A DNA stretch of 47,978 nucleotides from an uncultured Acidobacteriota bacterium (GTDB lineage Bacteria; Acidobacteriota; Terriglobia; UBA7540): contig CAZTHM010000001.1 in assembly GCA_964613505.1 (NCBI GenBank), positions 1-47,978 of the forward strand. The letters run 5' to 3'. A program made the translations under genes and the position numbers. Positions 7,985 through 16,702 of the stretch are shown piece after piece (position 1 is the stretch's first letter; every line of letters starts with the position of its first letter). The notes under the pieces were generated by a model, which saw only the letters and a program-made list of their open reading frames with translations, was not told the origin of the DNA and searched no databases.

Positions 7985-8751
7985 GCTTCCAGATTGACGA
8001 GGTGAATTCGTCTTTTTTGTCTCAAAGCGTCCACGATCCAATACCGATTCTCAATTCCGGTCAGGGCCAGAATTGTCTTCCCCGGATTCTCATCGGCCGC
8101 ACGCACGATCGTTTCCGTCCAGTGGCGGTTCCATTTCTCCCACACCTGCGCTTCCACAGGTCCGACGACCTCCGCCTCCAGTGCCTTTTTGGCAGCAAGA
8201 ACCTTTGCCGTAGTGTCGCTGTTCACCTCGCGGGGGGACCTCCAATAGCGGAACAGCGCTTCATATGTGAAATCCGTGAACTGCTTCATAGCCTTCATGT
8301 CCTCTGGTTTTGACGAAGCCGCTTCTTCGTGCGCCCGCTTAACAGCATTCACAAGTTCGCTGAAGAGAGGCTCATCCGGTTCGGCGGGATACACGAGGTA
8401 CTGTTTCTTATTCAAAGACGGAAAGATAACCTGCGTGTATTCGATCTTGCCGGGATGTACTTCCTTCGCCAACAATTCCTTGGGCGTGACATCGAGGACG
8501 AGAACATCAGCATCGATCGACTGGATGAGTTTCTCAAGAACCTGCAGATCATAGTGCGTTGCGCGTTCGTGCCTCTTATATAGAGTGCCAAGCACGAAGA
8601 CCCGAGTTTTTGCAGTTGATCCCTTTGGTCGCCTGGAGTTTTCGGGAACCTGAGTTTGGGCCGCTGAGAAGCAAGAACCCCCGATGATCAGAGCTGCGAA
8701 CAAGGAGAGGGCCTTACGGGTCAAAACAGTTCTGAGATTGTTCGGGGTCAT
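7933..8751 (-). CDS. Secreted hypothetical protein (possibly TraB/GumN- or DUF5694-like)
   Basis: Start MTPNNL.. at 8751 forms an ATGA overlap with the stop of the M20 gene. Signal peptide ..LFAALIIGGSCFSAAQ. VFVLGTLYKRH resembles the GumN/TraB N-terminal motif; this family call is tentative. Confidence 0.68.
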   Translation of the reverse strand: MTPNNLRTVLTRKALSLFAALIIGGSCFSAAQTQVPENSRRPKGSTAKTRVFVLGTLYKRHERATHYDLQVLEKLIQSIDADVLVLDVTPKELLAKEVHPGKIEYTQVIFPSLNKKQYLVYPAEPDEPLFSELVNAVKRAHEEAASSKPEDMKAMKQFTDFTYEALFRYWRSPREVNSDTTAKVLAAKKALEAEVVGPVEAQVWEKWNRHWTETIVRAADENPGKTILALTGIENRYWIVDALRQKRRIHLVNLEAWFAATAKILPPGEKLP

Positions 8752-10169
8752 GGTTTTGCATCCTTTTTGATCTGGACCGCCTCGTGGGTTGGTTGTGCCG
8801 CCCATCGTTTTGCAACTTCGCCATAAAACGCCACTACGGTTCGCAATCCTCCAAAGAAGTGGTCTACATAAATGAACTCGTTGGGGGCATGGGCGTTTTC
8901 GTCGGGGACGCCGAAACCCAGGAGCACCGTGTCGAGGCCCAACAAGGACTTCAACTGTGCGAGTACGGGAAGCGTGCCACCATCGCGCTGGAATCCCGGT
9001 TTCTTCCCAAAACCGTGCTCCAAGGCGGCCACCGCTGCTTGAATGCCGATTGTATTGGTGGGAGTGAATGCCGGTTCAGCACCGCCCAGGCAGTGCACGG
9101 AAATGTCCACTGTATCGGGCGCAATGGCCTTGACGTATTGAGTAAACAAGTCCGCGATCCTGGTGGGACTCTGATCCGGAACCAAACGCATGGAGATTTT
9201 GGCGAAAGCGGTGGCGGGCAACACGGACTTGAACCCCTCGCCCTGATACCCACCCCCAATGCCATTACATTCGACCGTGGGCCGAAGCCACAGACGCTCA
9301 ATCGTGCTGAAGCCGGCTTCTCCGCCAAGTCGCTTTACGCCTAGGCTGTCTGCATACGCATTGTCGTCCCAGGGCAAGCGCGACAGCTCCTGCCGCTCTT
9401 CCTCGTCGGGCAGGCGCACGTGGTCGTAGAAGCCCGGGATCGCCACACGCTGTTGCTCGTCGTGCAAACCGGCAATGATTTTGCTGAGCGCCGCAATGGG
9501 ATTCCCGACCGCGCCGCCATACACGCCCGAGTGCAAATCGTGCTTCGAGCCTCGCACTTCGATTTGCATCATTACGATCCCGCGCAGGCCATAGCAGATT
9601 GTCGGCACTCCGCGCGCGAAGAACGATGTATCCGAAATGACCGCCAGATCTGCGCAGAGGATATCTCTGTGTTCGCGAAGAAAGGCTTCGAGGTGCGGAC
9701 TCCCAATCTCTTCTTCGCCTTCGATGATCATCTTAATGTTCACCGGCAGACGCCCTCGACATCGCAAGTAGGCTTCAATGGCCTTGATGTGCAGAAAGAG
9801 CTGACCCTTGTCGTCAGCGGCGCCGCGGCCAAAGAGCCTGCCATCACGAAGTGTTGCCTCGAACGGGGGAGAGTCCCATTTGTCGATGGGTTCAGGTGGC
9901 TGTACGTCATAGTGGCCGTAAACGAGCAGTGTCGGGCCGGATGCGCCCATCCACTCGCCATAAACGACCGGATGACCGCCGGTCAAATACGCTTGCACGC
10001 GGGTCATACCGGCAGCAGTTAGCTGGGCCGCAAGCCAATCCGCACATCGCCTCACGCTCGCCTTGTGACGTGGATCGGTGCTGACACTCGGAATCGAGAT
10101 GAACTCCCCGACTTCCATAATGTAGCGGTCCCGGTTGCCTTCAAGATAGGACCCTATATCCATGTTCAC
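8748..10169 (-). CDS. M20-family dipeptidase / peptidase
   Basis: 473 aa. HYDVQP, GRGAADDKG and EGEEEIGS metal and catalytic motifs of M20 (ArgE/DapE/CPG2-like) enzymes. Confidence 0.92.
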   Translation of the reverse strand: MNMDIGSYLEGNRDRYIMEVGEFISIPSVSTDPRHKASVRRCADWLAAQLTAAGMTRVQAYLTGGHPVVYGEWMGASGPTLLVYGHYDVQPPEPIDKWDSPPFEATLRDGRLFGRGAADDKGQLFLHIKAIEAYLRCRGRLPVNIKMIIEGEEEIGSPHLEAFLREHRDILCADLAVISDTSFFARGVPTICYGLRGIVMMQIEVRGSKHDLHSGVYGGAVGNPIAALSKIIAGLHDEQQRVAIPGFYDHVRLPDEEERQELSRLPWDDNAYADSLGVKRLGGEAGFSTIERLWLRPTVECNGIGGGYQGEGFKSVLPATAFAKISMRLVPDQSPTRIADLFTQYVKAIAPDTVDISVHCLGGAEPAFTPTNTIGIQAAVAALEHGFGKKPGFQRDGGTLPVLAQLKSLLGLDTVLLGFGVPDENAHAPNEFIYVDHFFGGLRTVVAFYGEVAKRWAAQPTHEAVQIKKDAKP

Positions 10170-10543
10170 GCTTTTCCCCTAGCTTGCTTTTCGCGTCTTG
10201 GCATCACTTCTTCAAAAGTGTTTTCACCTGATCCGTCACGGGAGTCCCAGCGGAAGTGCTCCTGCATCGTCAAGCGGCCGTCCGCCAAAAAACCAAATTC
10301 ACAAACTGAAGAACCGCCATCGATTCGACCCTCCACATTCGCCTGCACGTATCGGAAATGGAGTTGTCCATCGGACATAGCCCCAATTAAATAGCCCAGC
10401 CGTATGCGGCCACCGGCGTACCGCGCGGAAACCAGAGAACCCTCCTGCGAAAAATGGAGGACGGTTTCGCCATCCACTTCGCTTTTGCTGCCGGTGGAGA
10501 CCACCCACATGGTGAGGCCATTGAGGTTCCCAATTCTTGTCAT
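10166..10543 (-). CDS. Small beta-barrel protein of the family often mis-annotated as N-acetylglutamate synthase
   Basis: Start at MTRIGNLNG.. (10543). 125 aa. Its stop overlaps the GTG start of the M20 gene. Family call from memory of Bacillus-type homologs. Confidence 0.65.
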   Translation of the reverse strand: MTRIGNLNGLTMWVVSTGSKSEVDGETVLHFSQEGSLVSARYAGGRIRLGYLIGAMSDGQLHFRYVQANVEGRIDGGSSVCEFGFLADGRLTMQEHFRWDSRDGSGENTFEEVMPRREKQARGKA

Positions 10544-10832
10544 GGCGTGCCCGCGATTCCGAGTTGGAGCCAATTCCGGCGCTGCACATATGCTCCGCCG
10601 CAACGGGTGATTATGCAGAGGCGTGCGGCGTGCGTCGCGCACATTCAGACAATTTCCGTCACGTCCGGATTAGAACGGGGTCCGTGACGGCTGCCATCCG
10701 AGTTTGCACCACGCTCCTTGTCCGCGCCTGATTCTTGAAAGATAGCCGACCTCGAGTGAGAGAAATGGTCGTTCTCGGACATGAACCTCAGATCAGGACA
10801 CGTGTCCCGCACGAATATCGGTCGGCCGGCCA

Positions 10833-11741
10833 TTACCGTCCGCCGAGAACCCGCTCCAGAAGCGACGCGAGGCGCCCTGCGCTGGTGCGAAGTGGATCCA
10901 GACCGGGGTCGTAAATCGTCAGCTCCATACCCCGCGCGCCCGGGTGGCGGACGAGCGGGTTGAGCAATTCAGCAACTTCCTCGAGTCCCAGCCCGCCGGG
11001 CGTCGGAGAATCTACCGCGGGTATGACCGACGGGTCGAGAACGTCCGCGTCGAGGTGGATCCAGAAACCCTCCACGCCGTGCCGGGCGATGCGTTCGAGA
11101 GCGGCCCGCACAACATTGGCTGGTCCGCGCTCGCGAACGGTCGCTCCAGGAACATCAAGAAGCGGGGAGGCGCGCAGCGCGTCGTGGCCGTACCAGGGTT
11201 CCGCCTCATCCCGCCGTCCGATAAGCACCACATCCTCGGGACGAGCTAAAGGTCCGTCCTCAGCAAGACGCGCCAGCGGTGTATCACCCCGTCCCACAGA
11301 GAGCGCCAGGCACATGCTGGCCGCGGAGCCGCTGCGCGACTCCTGGGGAGAAGCAAAGTCGGCGTGCGCGTCAATGTAAGCAAGGCCAACGGGCGGGCTG
11401 CCGGGCCGCCGGATACCGAGCAAGCAACCCAGGACTATGCTGCAGTCGCCGCCGAGGACCAGCACGAACGCGCCGCCCTCGGAGGCGGCCGCGACCCGTC
11501 CGGCCAGCGCGCGAGAGTAGGCCCCAACGCTCTCTTCGTTGCGAGGTTGCAGTCCCTGTCGCACGAAATCGCGGTAAGGGGGCGGTACAAGGTCACCGCA
11601 GTCGCGGGCTGCAAGACGCGCGGCGATGCCTTGCGCCCGCAGGGCGTCCGGGGCGAGATCGAGGCGGCGAGGACCACCATCGTCGTACGGGCGGATACCG
11701 ATGCTCGATGGAGCGCCGACGATCGTGATCGGACGATTCAT
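10833..11741 (-). CDS. Arginase/agmatinase/formiminoglutamase-family ureohydrolase
   Basis: 302 aa. Mn-binding motifs IDAHADF, LGGDCS and HLDADVLDP. Confidence 0.9.
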   Translation of the reverse strand: MNRPITIVGAPSSIGIRPYDDGGPRRLDLAPDALRAQGIAARLAARDCGDLVPPPYRDFVRQGLQPRNEESVGAYSRALAGRVAAASEGGAFVLVLGGDCSIVLGCLLGIRRPGSPPVGLAYIDAHADFASPQESRSGSAASMCLALSVGRGDTPLARLAEDGPLARPEDVVLIGRRDEAEPWYGHDALRASPLLDVPGATVRERGPANVVRAALERIARHGVEGFWIHLDADVLDPSVIPAVDSPTPGGLGLEEVAELLNPLVRHPGARGMELTIYDPGLDPLRTSAGRLASLLERVLGGR

Positions 11742-12061
11742 GCGTCACCTATGGCCGCTACCAAAACTTCATAGTGCGCAACGTTGGGCTCCGGTTCCAA
11801 GAGACACTCTCGATCGTATGGAAAGTAGCGAGCTTGCTCGATGTCCGGACCTGCGTAACCCTCGATCGCCTCTCGTGAGTCCCAAAGCGAAATGAGAAGG
11901 AAATGAACTCGATCGCCCTCTGCGCGGCGCAGGAGGCAGACCCCGCGATTTCCCGGCACGCTCTGGTAGTCACGCACACCAAGGTCGGAGTCCGCGAGGT
12001 ACTTACCGTACCCGTCTGCTTTCTCGAGCAGGACGACTCCATGCCATACGCGAGCGATCAT
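11738..12061 (-). CDS. ABM (antibiotic biosynthesis monooxygenase/Dabb) fold protein
   Basis: Start at MIARVWHG.. (12061). LISLWDSREAIEGYAGPDIE motif. 4-nt overlap with the arginase-family gene start. Confidence 0.75.
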   Translation of the reverse strand: MIARVWHGVVLLEKADGYGKYLADSDLGVRDYQSVPGNRGVCLLRRAEGDRVHFLLISLWDSREAIEGYAGPDIEQARYFPYDRECLLEPEPNVAHYEVLVAAIGDA

Positions 12062-12068
12062 CTTCTCC

Positions 12069-12121
12069 CCTGCACCTGTATATGCCACTTTACAGGTGCA
12101 GGATAGTACAGGGCCCTGCAC
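12069..12121. promoter_or_regulatory. Candidate operator in the divergent ABM/CGNR intergenic region
   Basis: Perfect 12-bp inverted repeat CCTGCACCTGTA (12069-12080), N10, TACAGGTGCAGG (12091-12102). Third half-site CCTGCAC at 12115-12121. Confidence 0.4.
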
Positions 12122-12151
12122 TAGTCAAGTGCCTTATACCGGTGCTAGGAT

Positions 12152-12817
12152 GTGTTCGTGGCAGATCCCTTGAAAACTCCAGCGACACTGGCTCGCTTGC
12201 CCTTCAAGTATTTGAGCGGCGAGATCAGCATGGACTTGGTCAACACCGTAGATTGGACGCGGCGGGGCGCCGCCAACGAGCGCCTGACCAACTATGAGCA
12301 ACTGACCCGGTGGGCGGAAGGCGCCGGGCTGGTGCCGAGCGAGCACGGGAAGGGGTTGCGGATCTCGGCCCAGGCTCGGCCGCGGGCCGCACAGGCAGCT
12401 CTCGAACGGGCCCGCCGCCTGCGGACCATACTCCAGAGTCTCTATCGATCGGTTGCCGTCGGCGCGCCTCAGGCTTCTGCTTGGGAAAACTTCAACCGTG
12501 AATTGGCCGGGGCCTTGGGGCGGCTGCGGGTTGGGCCGCAATGGACCGGGCGCAAGAGAGTGCAGGCGGGCTGGACGTGGCACATTCCAGAGGGAGGGCT
12601 GGACTCTTTTCTGTGGCCGATCGCCTGGTCGGCCGCGAGGCTGCTCACATCAGATGAGGCAGCGCACATCCGGGTCTGCGCCGGGGCGGATTGCGGTTGG
12701 ACGTACGTCGATCGCAGCCGCAACGGCCTGCGTCGGTGGTGTGCGATGGAAACGTGCGGTACATCAGAAAAAACACGCCGCCGGCGGGAGCGTCGTCAGA
12801 CCAAGCCTCGACCATGA
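12152..12817 (+). CDS. ABATE + CGNR zinc-finger domain protein (putative stress-responsive regulator)
   Basis: C-terminal CAGADCGWTYVDRSRNGLRRWCAMETCGTSEKTRRRR matches the zf-CGNR pattern (variant CGTS). GTG start is uncertain. Confidence 0.88.
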   Translation: MFVADPLKTPATLARLPFKYLSGEISMDLVNTVDWTRRGAANERLTNYEQLTRWAEGAGLVPSEHGKGLRISAQARPRAAQAALERARRLRTILQSLYRSVAVGAPQASAWENFNRELAGALGRLRVGPQWTGRKRVQAGWTWHIPEGGLDSFLWPIAWSAARLLTSDEAAHIRVCAGADCGWTYVDRSRNGLRRWCAMETCGTSEKTRRRRERRQTKPRP

Positions 12818-12978
12818 TTTAGAAGAACGGGCCCGGTTCCGACGACGCCGGCTATCGGGGGGGGCATCGCAACTCCTTGAATTTGTTTTTTCATGCACCA
12901 ATCCTTTCTTGTTCAATATCATTGGCTATGTACTTTTCATTTTGCCGCCCGGCCACGCACAGGGCAGGGCAAGTACCG

Positions 12979-13302
12979 TCAACGCGATCCTTCAGGAACA
13001 TCCGTCATTGTCAGCTCGTAGTGCCGGACACGGCGGTCGAACTTGGACAGAAGGGTGGCAGCCTCGTCTGCGACGACTGCCGCTTCGAGGTCTGGCCCGG
13101 CGAACTCGCGGATCGCCTCAAGCGAGCGCCACAAGGTAGCGACGAGAACTTCAACCTCCCCTTCCATCCTGCGACTGAGGAGTGTGGCCCCGGCATATCC
13201 ATCCAACCCGCGGAGCCTCGGTAGAACATTGCCCCGCAAATGGTCGAGGTAGGCCTGGGATTGAAGCTCTCCGGCATGTGCCGACCAAAGACGGACAATC
13301 AT
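12979..13302 (-). CDS. ABM-fold protein, paralog of 11738..12061
   Basis: Start MIVRLWSAHA.. (13302). VATLWRSLEAIREFAGPDLE parallels LISLWDSREAIEGYAGPDIE. Confidence 0.75.
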   Translation of the reverse strand: MIVRLWSAHAGELQSQAYLDHLRGNVLPRLRGLDGYAGATLLSRRMEGEVEVLVATLWRSLEAIREFAGPDLEAAVVADEAATLLSKFDRRVRHYELTMTDVPEGSR

Positions 13303-13303
13303 G

Positions 13304-13615
13304 TCAGACCCCCCAAAGCGCGTTGTCGCCGGATTGGTCGCTGCCGACCACATTAATCCAGCGCCTAACTTCCCAATGCGAAACCAAATCGTTGATGACG
13401 TAGGGATCCTTGCGGGCGAAGGCCTCCACGGTCGTACGGTCGGCTACGCGGAACACGAGCAGCGCTCGGTCCGCAGGGTCAGCCAATGCGCCTGCCAGGA
13501 TGAGCTCGCCGCGGGAGTGGGCTTCCCGGACACAGCGCAGATGCTCCTCCCGGTAAGGCGCGCGACGCGCGGCGAAGTCGTCGACCACTTCATAGAACAA
13601 CACGTAGTACTCCAT
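13304..13615 (-). CDS. YciI-family protein
   Basis: Start MEYYVLFYE.. (13615) with an AGAGGGG RBS. HL..GELILAGAL.. pattern of YciI. Confidence 0.85.
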   Translation of the reverse strand: MEYYVLFYEVVDDFAARRAPYREEHLRCVREAHSRGELILAGALADPADRALLVFRVADRTTVEAFARKDPYVINDLVSHWEVRRWINVVGSDQSGDNALWGV

Positions 13616-13629
13616 GGTGATCCCCTCTT

Positions 13630-14709
13630 TCAAAGACGCATCAGCCAGCCGTATTTGTCAGCATCACGTCCCGTCTGGATTCCTTCCAAACGCGAACGTG
13701 CCCTCTCGGCAATCGACCCTTGCCATTCAGTTGACAGCCGAATCTCACGTTCTTGGTAGCAAATGCACACGATTGGAGCGACTGTAGCCGCAGTCCCGAC
13801 ACTGAACGCTTCCGTAAGATTCCCGGCCACGTGCGCTGCGAAAATTTCGTCAATCTGGACCGGCCGCTCATTTACCTCGATGGCCATCTCGCGGAGCAGC
13901 GTGAGAACGGAGTCACGCGTTACGCCGGGCAAAATGGTTCCGTTGAGCGACGGCGTGATCGCCACACGGCCAATCACGAAGAAGATGTTCATCACCCCGC
14001 ACTCTTCGACGAAGTGGTGCTCGTTGGCGTCGAGCCAGAGGACGTTGTGGAATCCGCGCTCCTGGGCCAGATGGGCAGCCAGCATCCCAGCGGCGTAGTT
14101 GCCGGCCGGCTTGACGTTCCCGGTCCCGCCCGGGAACGCACGCACGTAGTGCTCTTCGGCAAGCAGCCTCAGCGGTTCCGCAAAGTAGCGACCCACGGGA
14201 CATGTTACGATGGCCAAGCGGTAGCGCTTCGCTGGCCGGACCACCAGCACCTCATCAGTGGCGAAATAAACTGGCCGGACATATAGGGCGCCTCCCTCGC
14301 GCTGCGGTATCCAGTTCCGGTCAAGACGGATCAACTCAGCTACACCTTCCAAAAACAGGGATTCGGGCACTTCGGGCATGGCGAGGCGAACTGCCGAGCG
14401 ATTCAGCCTTGCGAGGTTGTCACGAGGTCTGAACAGCGCTACCCCGCCATCCACCGTGTGACGGGCCTTGAAACCCTCGAAGATAGCTTGGCCGTAGTGA
14501 AGGGCGCTAATTGACGGGGGTAAGGGCATTGGACCGTAAGGAACGATCTGCGGCTCGCCCCACACCCCACCTTCATAGTCGGCAACGAACATGTGGTCGC
14601 TGAACACGGTTCCGAATGGCAGATTATCTAGGTCGACCGTCGATAGGCGCGACCGCTGCGTTTGCTCGACGCGAATCCTCGCCGCAGGCATAGATCTCGA
14701 CCCTTTCAT
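13630..14709 (-). CDS. ilvE: Branched-chain amino acid aminotransferase (class IV, long form)
   Basis: FGTVFSDHMF, YGQAIFEGFKA, GGTGNVKPAGNYA, EECGVMNIFF motifs. Alternative starts at 14724, 14709 and 14691. Confidence 0.92.
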   Translation of the reverse strand: MKGSRSMPAARIRVEQTQRSRLSTVDLDNLPFGTVFSDHMFVADYEGGVWGEPQIVPYGPMPLPPSISALHYGQAIFEGFKARHTVDGGVALFRPRDNLARLNRSAVRLAMPEVPESLFLEGVAELIRLDRNWIPQREGGALYVRPVYFATDEVLVVRPAKRYRLAIVTCPVGRYFAEPLRLLAEEHYVRAFPGGTGNVKPAGNYAAGMLAAHLAQERGFHNVLWLDANEHHFVEECGVMNIFFVIGRVAITPSLNGTILPGVTRDSVLTLLREMAIEVNERPVQIDEIFAAHVAGNLTEAFSVGTAATVAPIVCICYQEREIRLSTEWQGSIAERARSRLEGIQTGRDADKYGWLMRL

Positions 14710-14731
14710 TCGCTTCCCGCACATCCAGCGC

Positions 14732-14745
14732 CATTGTAGACAATG
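14732..14745. promoter_or_regulatory. Palindrome in the AT-rich divergent ilvE-like/LysR promoter region (candidate LysR box)
   Basis: CATTGTAGACAATG perfect palindrome inside the AT-rich stretch 14732-14790. Confidence 0.35.
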
Positions 14746-14792
14746 AAAACATTATGTTGCAAATGAAAAGTGATCATTGTTAGTATGACGGC

Positions 14793-15701
14793 ATGGAATT
14801 CGATGACATTCGGGCTTTCGTGGCCATTGCCGATGCCGGGTCCGTCAGCCACGCGGCCAGTGAGCTTTACATAACCCAGCCCGCGGTGACGCGGCGCCTG
14901 CAGCGCCTCGAGAGGTCGCTGGGTACTCCCTTGCTGGACCGGCGGCGGAGGCCGTTCGCGCTGACAGAAGCAGGCCGGGCCGTGCTGGAGCGGTCCCGAC
15001 GCGTGCTCCACTCAGTTCAGGAGCTTCGGGCGGCAACAGCGGGGGGCAATTTGCCCTTTGGCGAGCTTCGTATCGGAGTGGCTCACGCTCTCACCGAGCT
15101 GACGCTCGCCGAACCGGTCGACCACGTGCGGCTGGCATTTCCACAGGTCGTGCTGCGGCTCAGCACAGGCTGGAGCCGCGACCTCCTCAATCGTGTGCGC
15201 TCAGGGGCTCTCGATGCCGCTGTCATTCTTCTCCCCGAGGGAGAACATCTGGCAAACGGCGTCAGCGGTGAGCAGGTTGCGAAAGAACGACTCGTGGTGG
15301 TGGCGCCACGACAAGGGAACTCGCGGTGTGTTCGCGAGATGGGCGACTTGGGCGGCATCAGCTGGGTCCTTAACCCTGAGGGGTGCGGCGCCCGTGCGGC
15401 GCTTCAGCGGGCACTTCTCCGTGCCGGTGTGAACATGTCTGTGGCAGTCGAGACTTATAACTACGAGCTCCAGCTCTCCCTGGTCGCGCGGAAGCGCGGA
15501 CTCAGCCTTGTGCCAGCTCGTATTCTGGCCCGAAGCCGACTCCGTTCGCGGATTCGTGTCCTGCGCATCCGCGGGTTGGACTTCCGGTTGACCGTATGGG
15601 TGGTGCGCGGCCAAATAACGAAGCGACTCGATGCTGTTCTTGTGGAGTTGAGCCGCGGACTGATCGCCAGGCTCTCCGTTCCTCGGAGCCGGACACGCTA
15701 G
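14793..15701 (+). CDS. LysR-family transcriptional regulator
   Basis: 302 aa. N-terminal HTH (FVAIADAGSVSHAASELYITQPAVTRRLQRLE) plus a LysR substrate-binding domain. Confidence 0.92.
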   Translation: MEFDDIRAFVAIADAGSVSHAASELYITQPAVTRRLQRLERSLGTPLLDRRRRPFALTEAGRAVLERSRRVLHSVQELRAATAGGNLPFGELRIGVAHALTELTLAEPVDHVRLAFPQVVLRLSTGWSRDLLNRVRSGALDAAVILLPEGEHLANGVSGEQVAKERLVVVAPRQGNSRCVREMGDLGGISWVLNPEGCGARAALQRALLRAGVNMSVAVETYNYELQLSLVARKRGLSLVPARILARSRLRSRIRVLRIRGLDFRLTVWVVRGQITKRLDAVLVELSRGLIARLSVPRSRTR

Positions 15702-15754
15702 TGCCCGGCTAGAAATCAGGGCTTTGGAGAGACCCGCCGGATTTCACAGCTCTC

Positions 15755-16171
15755 CTAGCGAGCCCCCCTCTGCGCGATTCGCGAGAGGTGCGTTAACACG
15801 CACCTCCACTGCCCCTGTTGCCTGACAAAGACACAGGACACCCGCTCCGTCTCGCGGAACGCCTGCCCCTGGTATTTCCCTCCGGATACCCCTTGTGAGA
15901 TGACCACTGCCGTATCGCCGTAAACTCGAACATTCAGGTCGTGGGACTCCATTACATCGTGACTTAGCGCGCCCGATTTCACTAATTCCAGAAAGGCGGC
16001 CTTGTTGCTCATGCTGCCGTCGGGACCGACAATCGTCCAGTCGTCGGCCATATACCGCCCGATCGCTTCCGGGTCGTTCTCGACCATCGCCCGGTCCCAT
16101 TCGTTCCCAAGTTCGATCAACTCATCTCGGATTTTGCTGTCCACGGTCCTCCTCTCAATCCGCAGATTCAT
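15755..16171 (-). CDS. NTF2-like / DUF4440 (SnoaL-like) protein
   Basis: 138 aa. WDRAMVENDPEAIGRYMADDWTIVGPDGS pattern. ATGA overlap with the upstream gene. Confidence 0.85.
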   Translation of the reverse strand: MNLRIERRTVDSKIRDELIELGNEWDRAMVENDPEAIGRYMADDWTIVGPDGSMSNKAAFLELVKSGALSHDVMESHDLNVRVYGDTAVVISQGVSGGKYQGQAFRETERVSCVFVRQQGQWRCVLTHLSRIAQRGAR

Positions 16172-16683
16172 TTCGTGGTCTTGCGCATGAAATCAATCAC
16201 CCAGTGTTTGGTCCACGTCTTGCCTCCATCCACTGAGCGTTGACTCTCCCAGTGCGCAGTCCGGTCGGTGATCCGAGACCAGGTGAGCCGGGAGCGAATC
16301 TGGCGCCCGGTTTCATCCTCCCACTGACCGTAAAGATCGATGGTGCCGCCTGCAAATCGTCCGCGCCAGACCAGGAAGCCACCCGGCGCAGAAGTGTCTG
16401 TCCAGGTATGTTCCCACTGGGAAGTTTGCGGATTGAATGCACGGAGACCGAGGCCCTTGATGATCGTCCCTTGATAAGGTCCTTCGAAGAATTCCATCGA
16501 AACGCAACCATCCAGGACCTTAGTCGCTTTCAACGTGCCGGGGCCTTCTCCCCAGGATCCATCGGGCCGGGGAAAGCGACAGATGGCGGTCCATTCGCCT
16601 TCGAGAAAATCAAACTGCGTTGCGTCAGCGCTGTTTGTTGGGGGAATCACGTCGCTCATACCGACCTTCCAAGGTGTGCTCAT
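16168..16683 (-). CDS. 'GKTW' beta-barrel-like domain protein (DUF1579-like, tentative); single-domain paralog
   Basis: FDFLEGEW .. VLDG .. W .. WESQRSVDGGKTWTKHW. Same architecture as the domains in 22944..24134 and 25321..25878. Confidence 0.75.
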   Translation of the reverse strand: MSTPWKVGMSDVIPPTNSADATQFDFLEGEWTAICRFPRPDGSWGEGPGTLKATKVLDGCVSMEFFEGPYQGTIIKGLGLRAFNPQTSQWEHTWTDTSAPGGFLVWRGRFAGGTIDLYGQWEDETGRQIRSRLTWSRITDRTAHWESQRSVDGGKTWTKHWVIDFMRKTTK

Positions 16684-16702
16684 TCCTGCCTTTCAACCTG
16701 CT

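Noticed and set aside
10645-10833. 62-aa ORF starting with a TAATG overlap on the arginase-family stop.
   Set aside because: It is polar, low in complexity, and has no recognisable domain. It spans the palindrome and hairpin region, which looks regulatory. It could still be a real small protein.
12857-12864. G8 homopolymer, and a possible 23-32 aa ORF downstream of the ABM gene.
   Set aside because: It is intergenic and not inside a credible coding region, so phase variation is unsupported.
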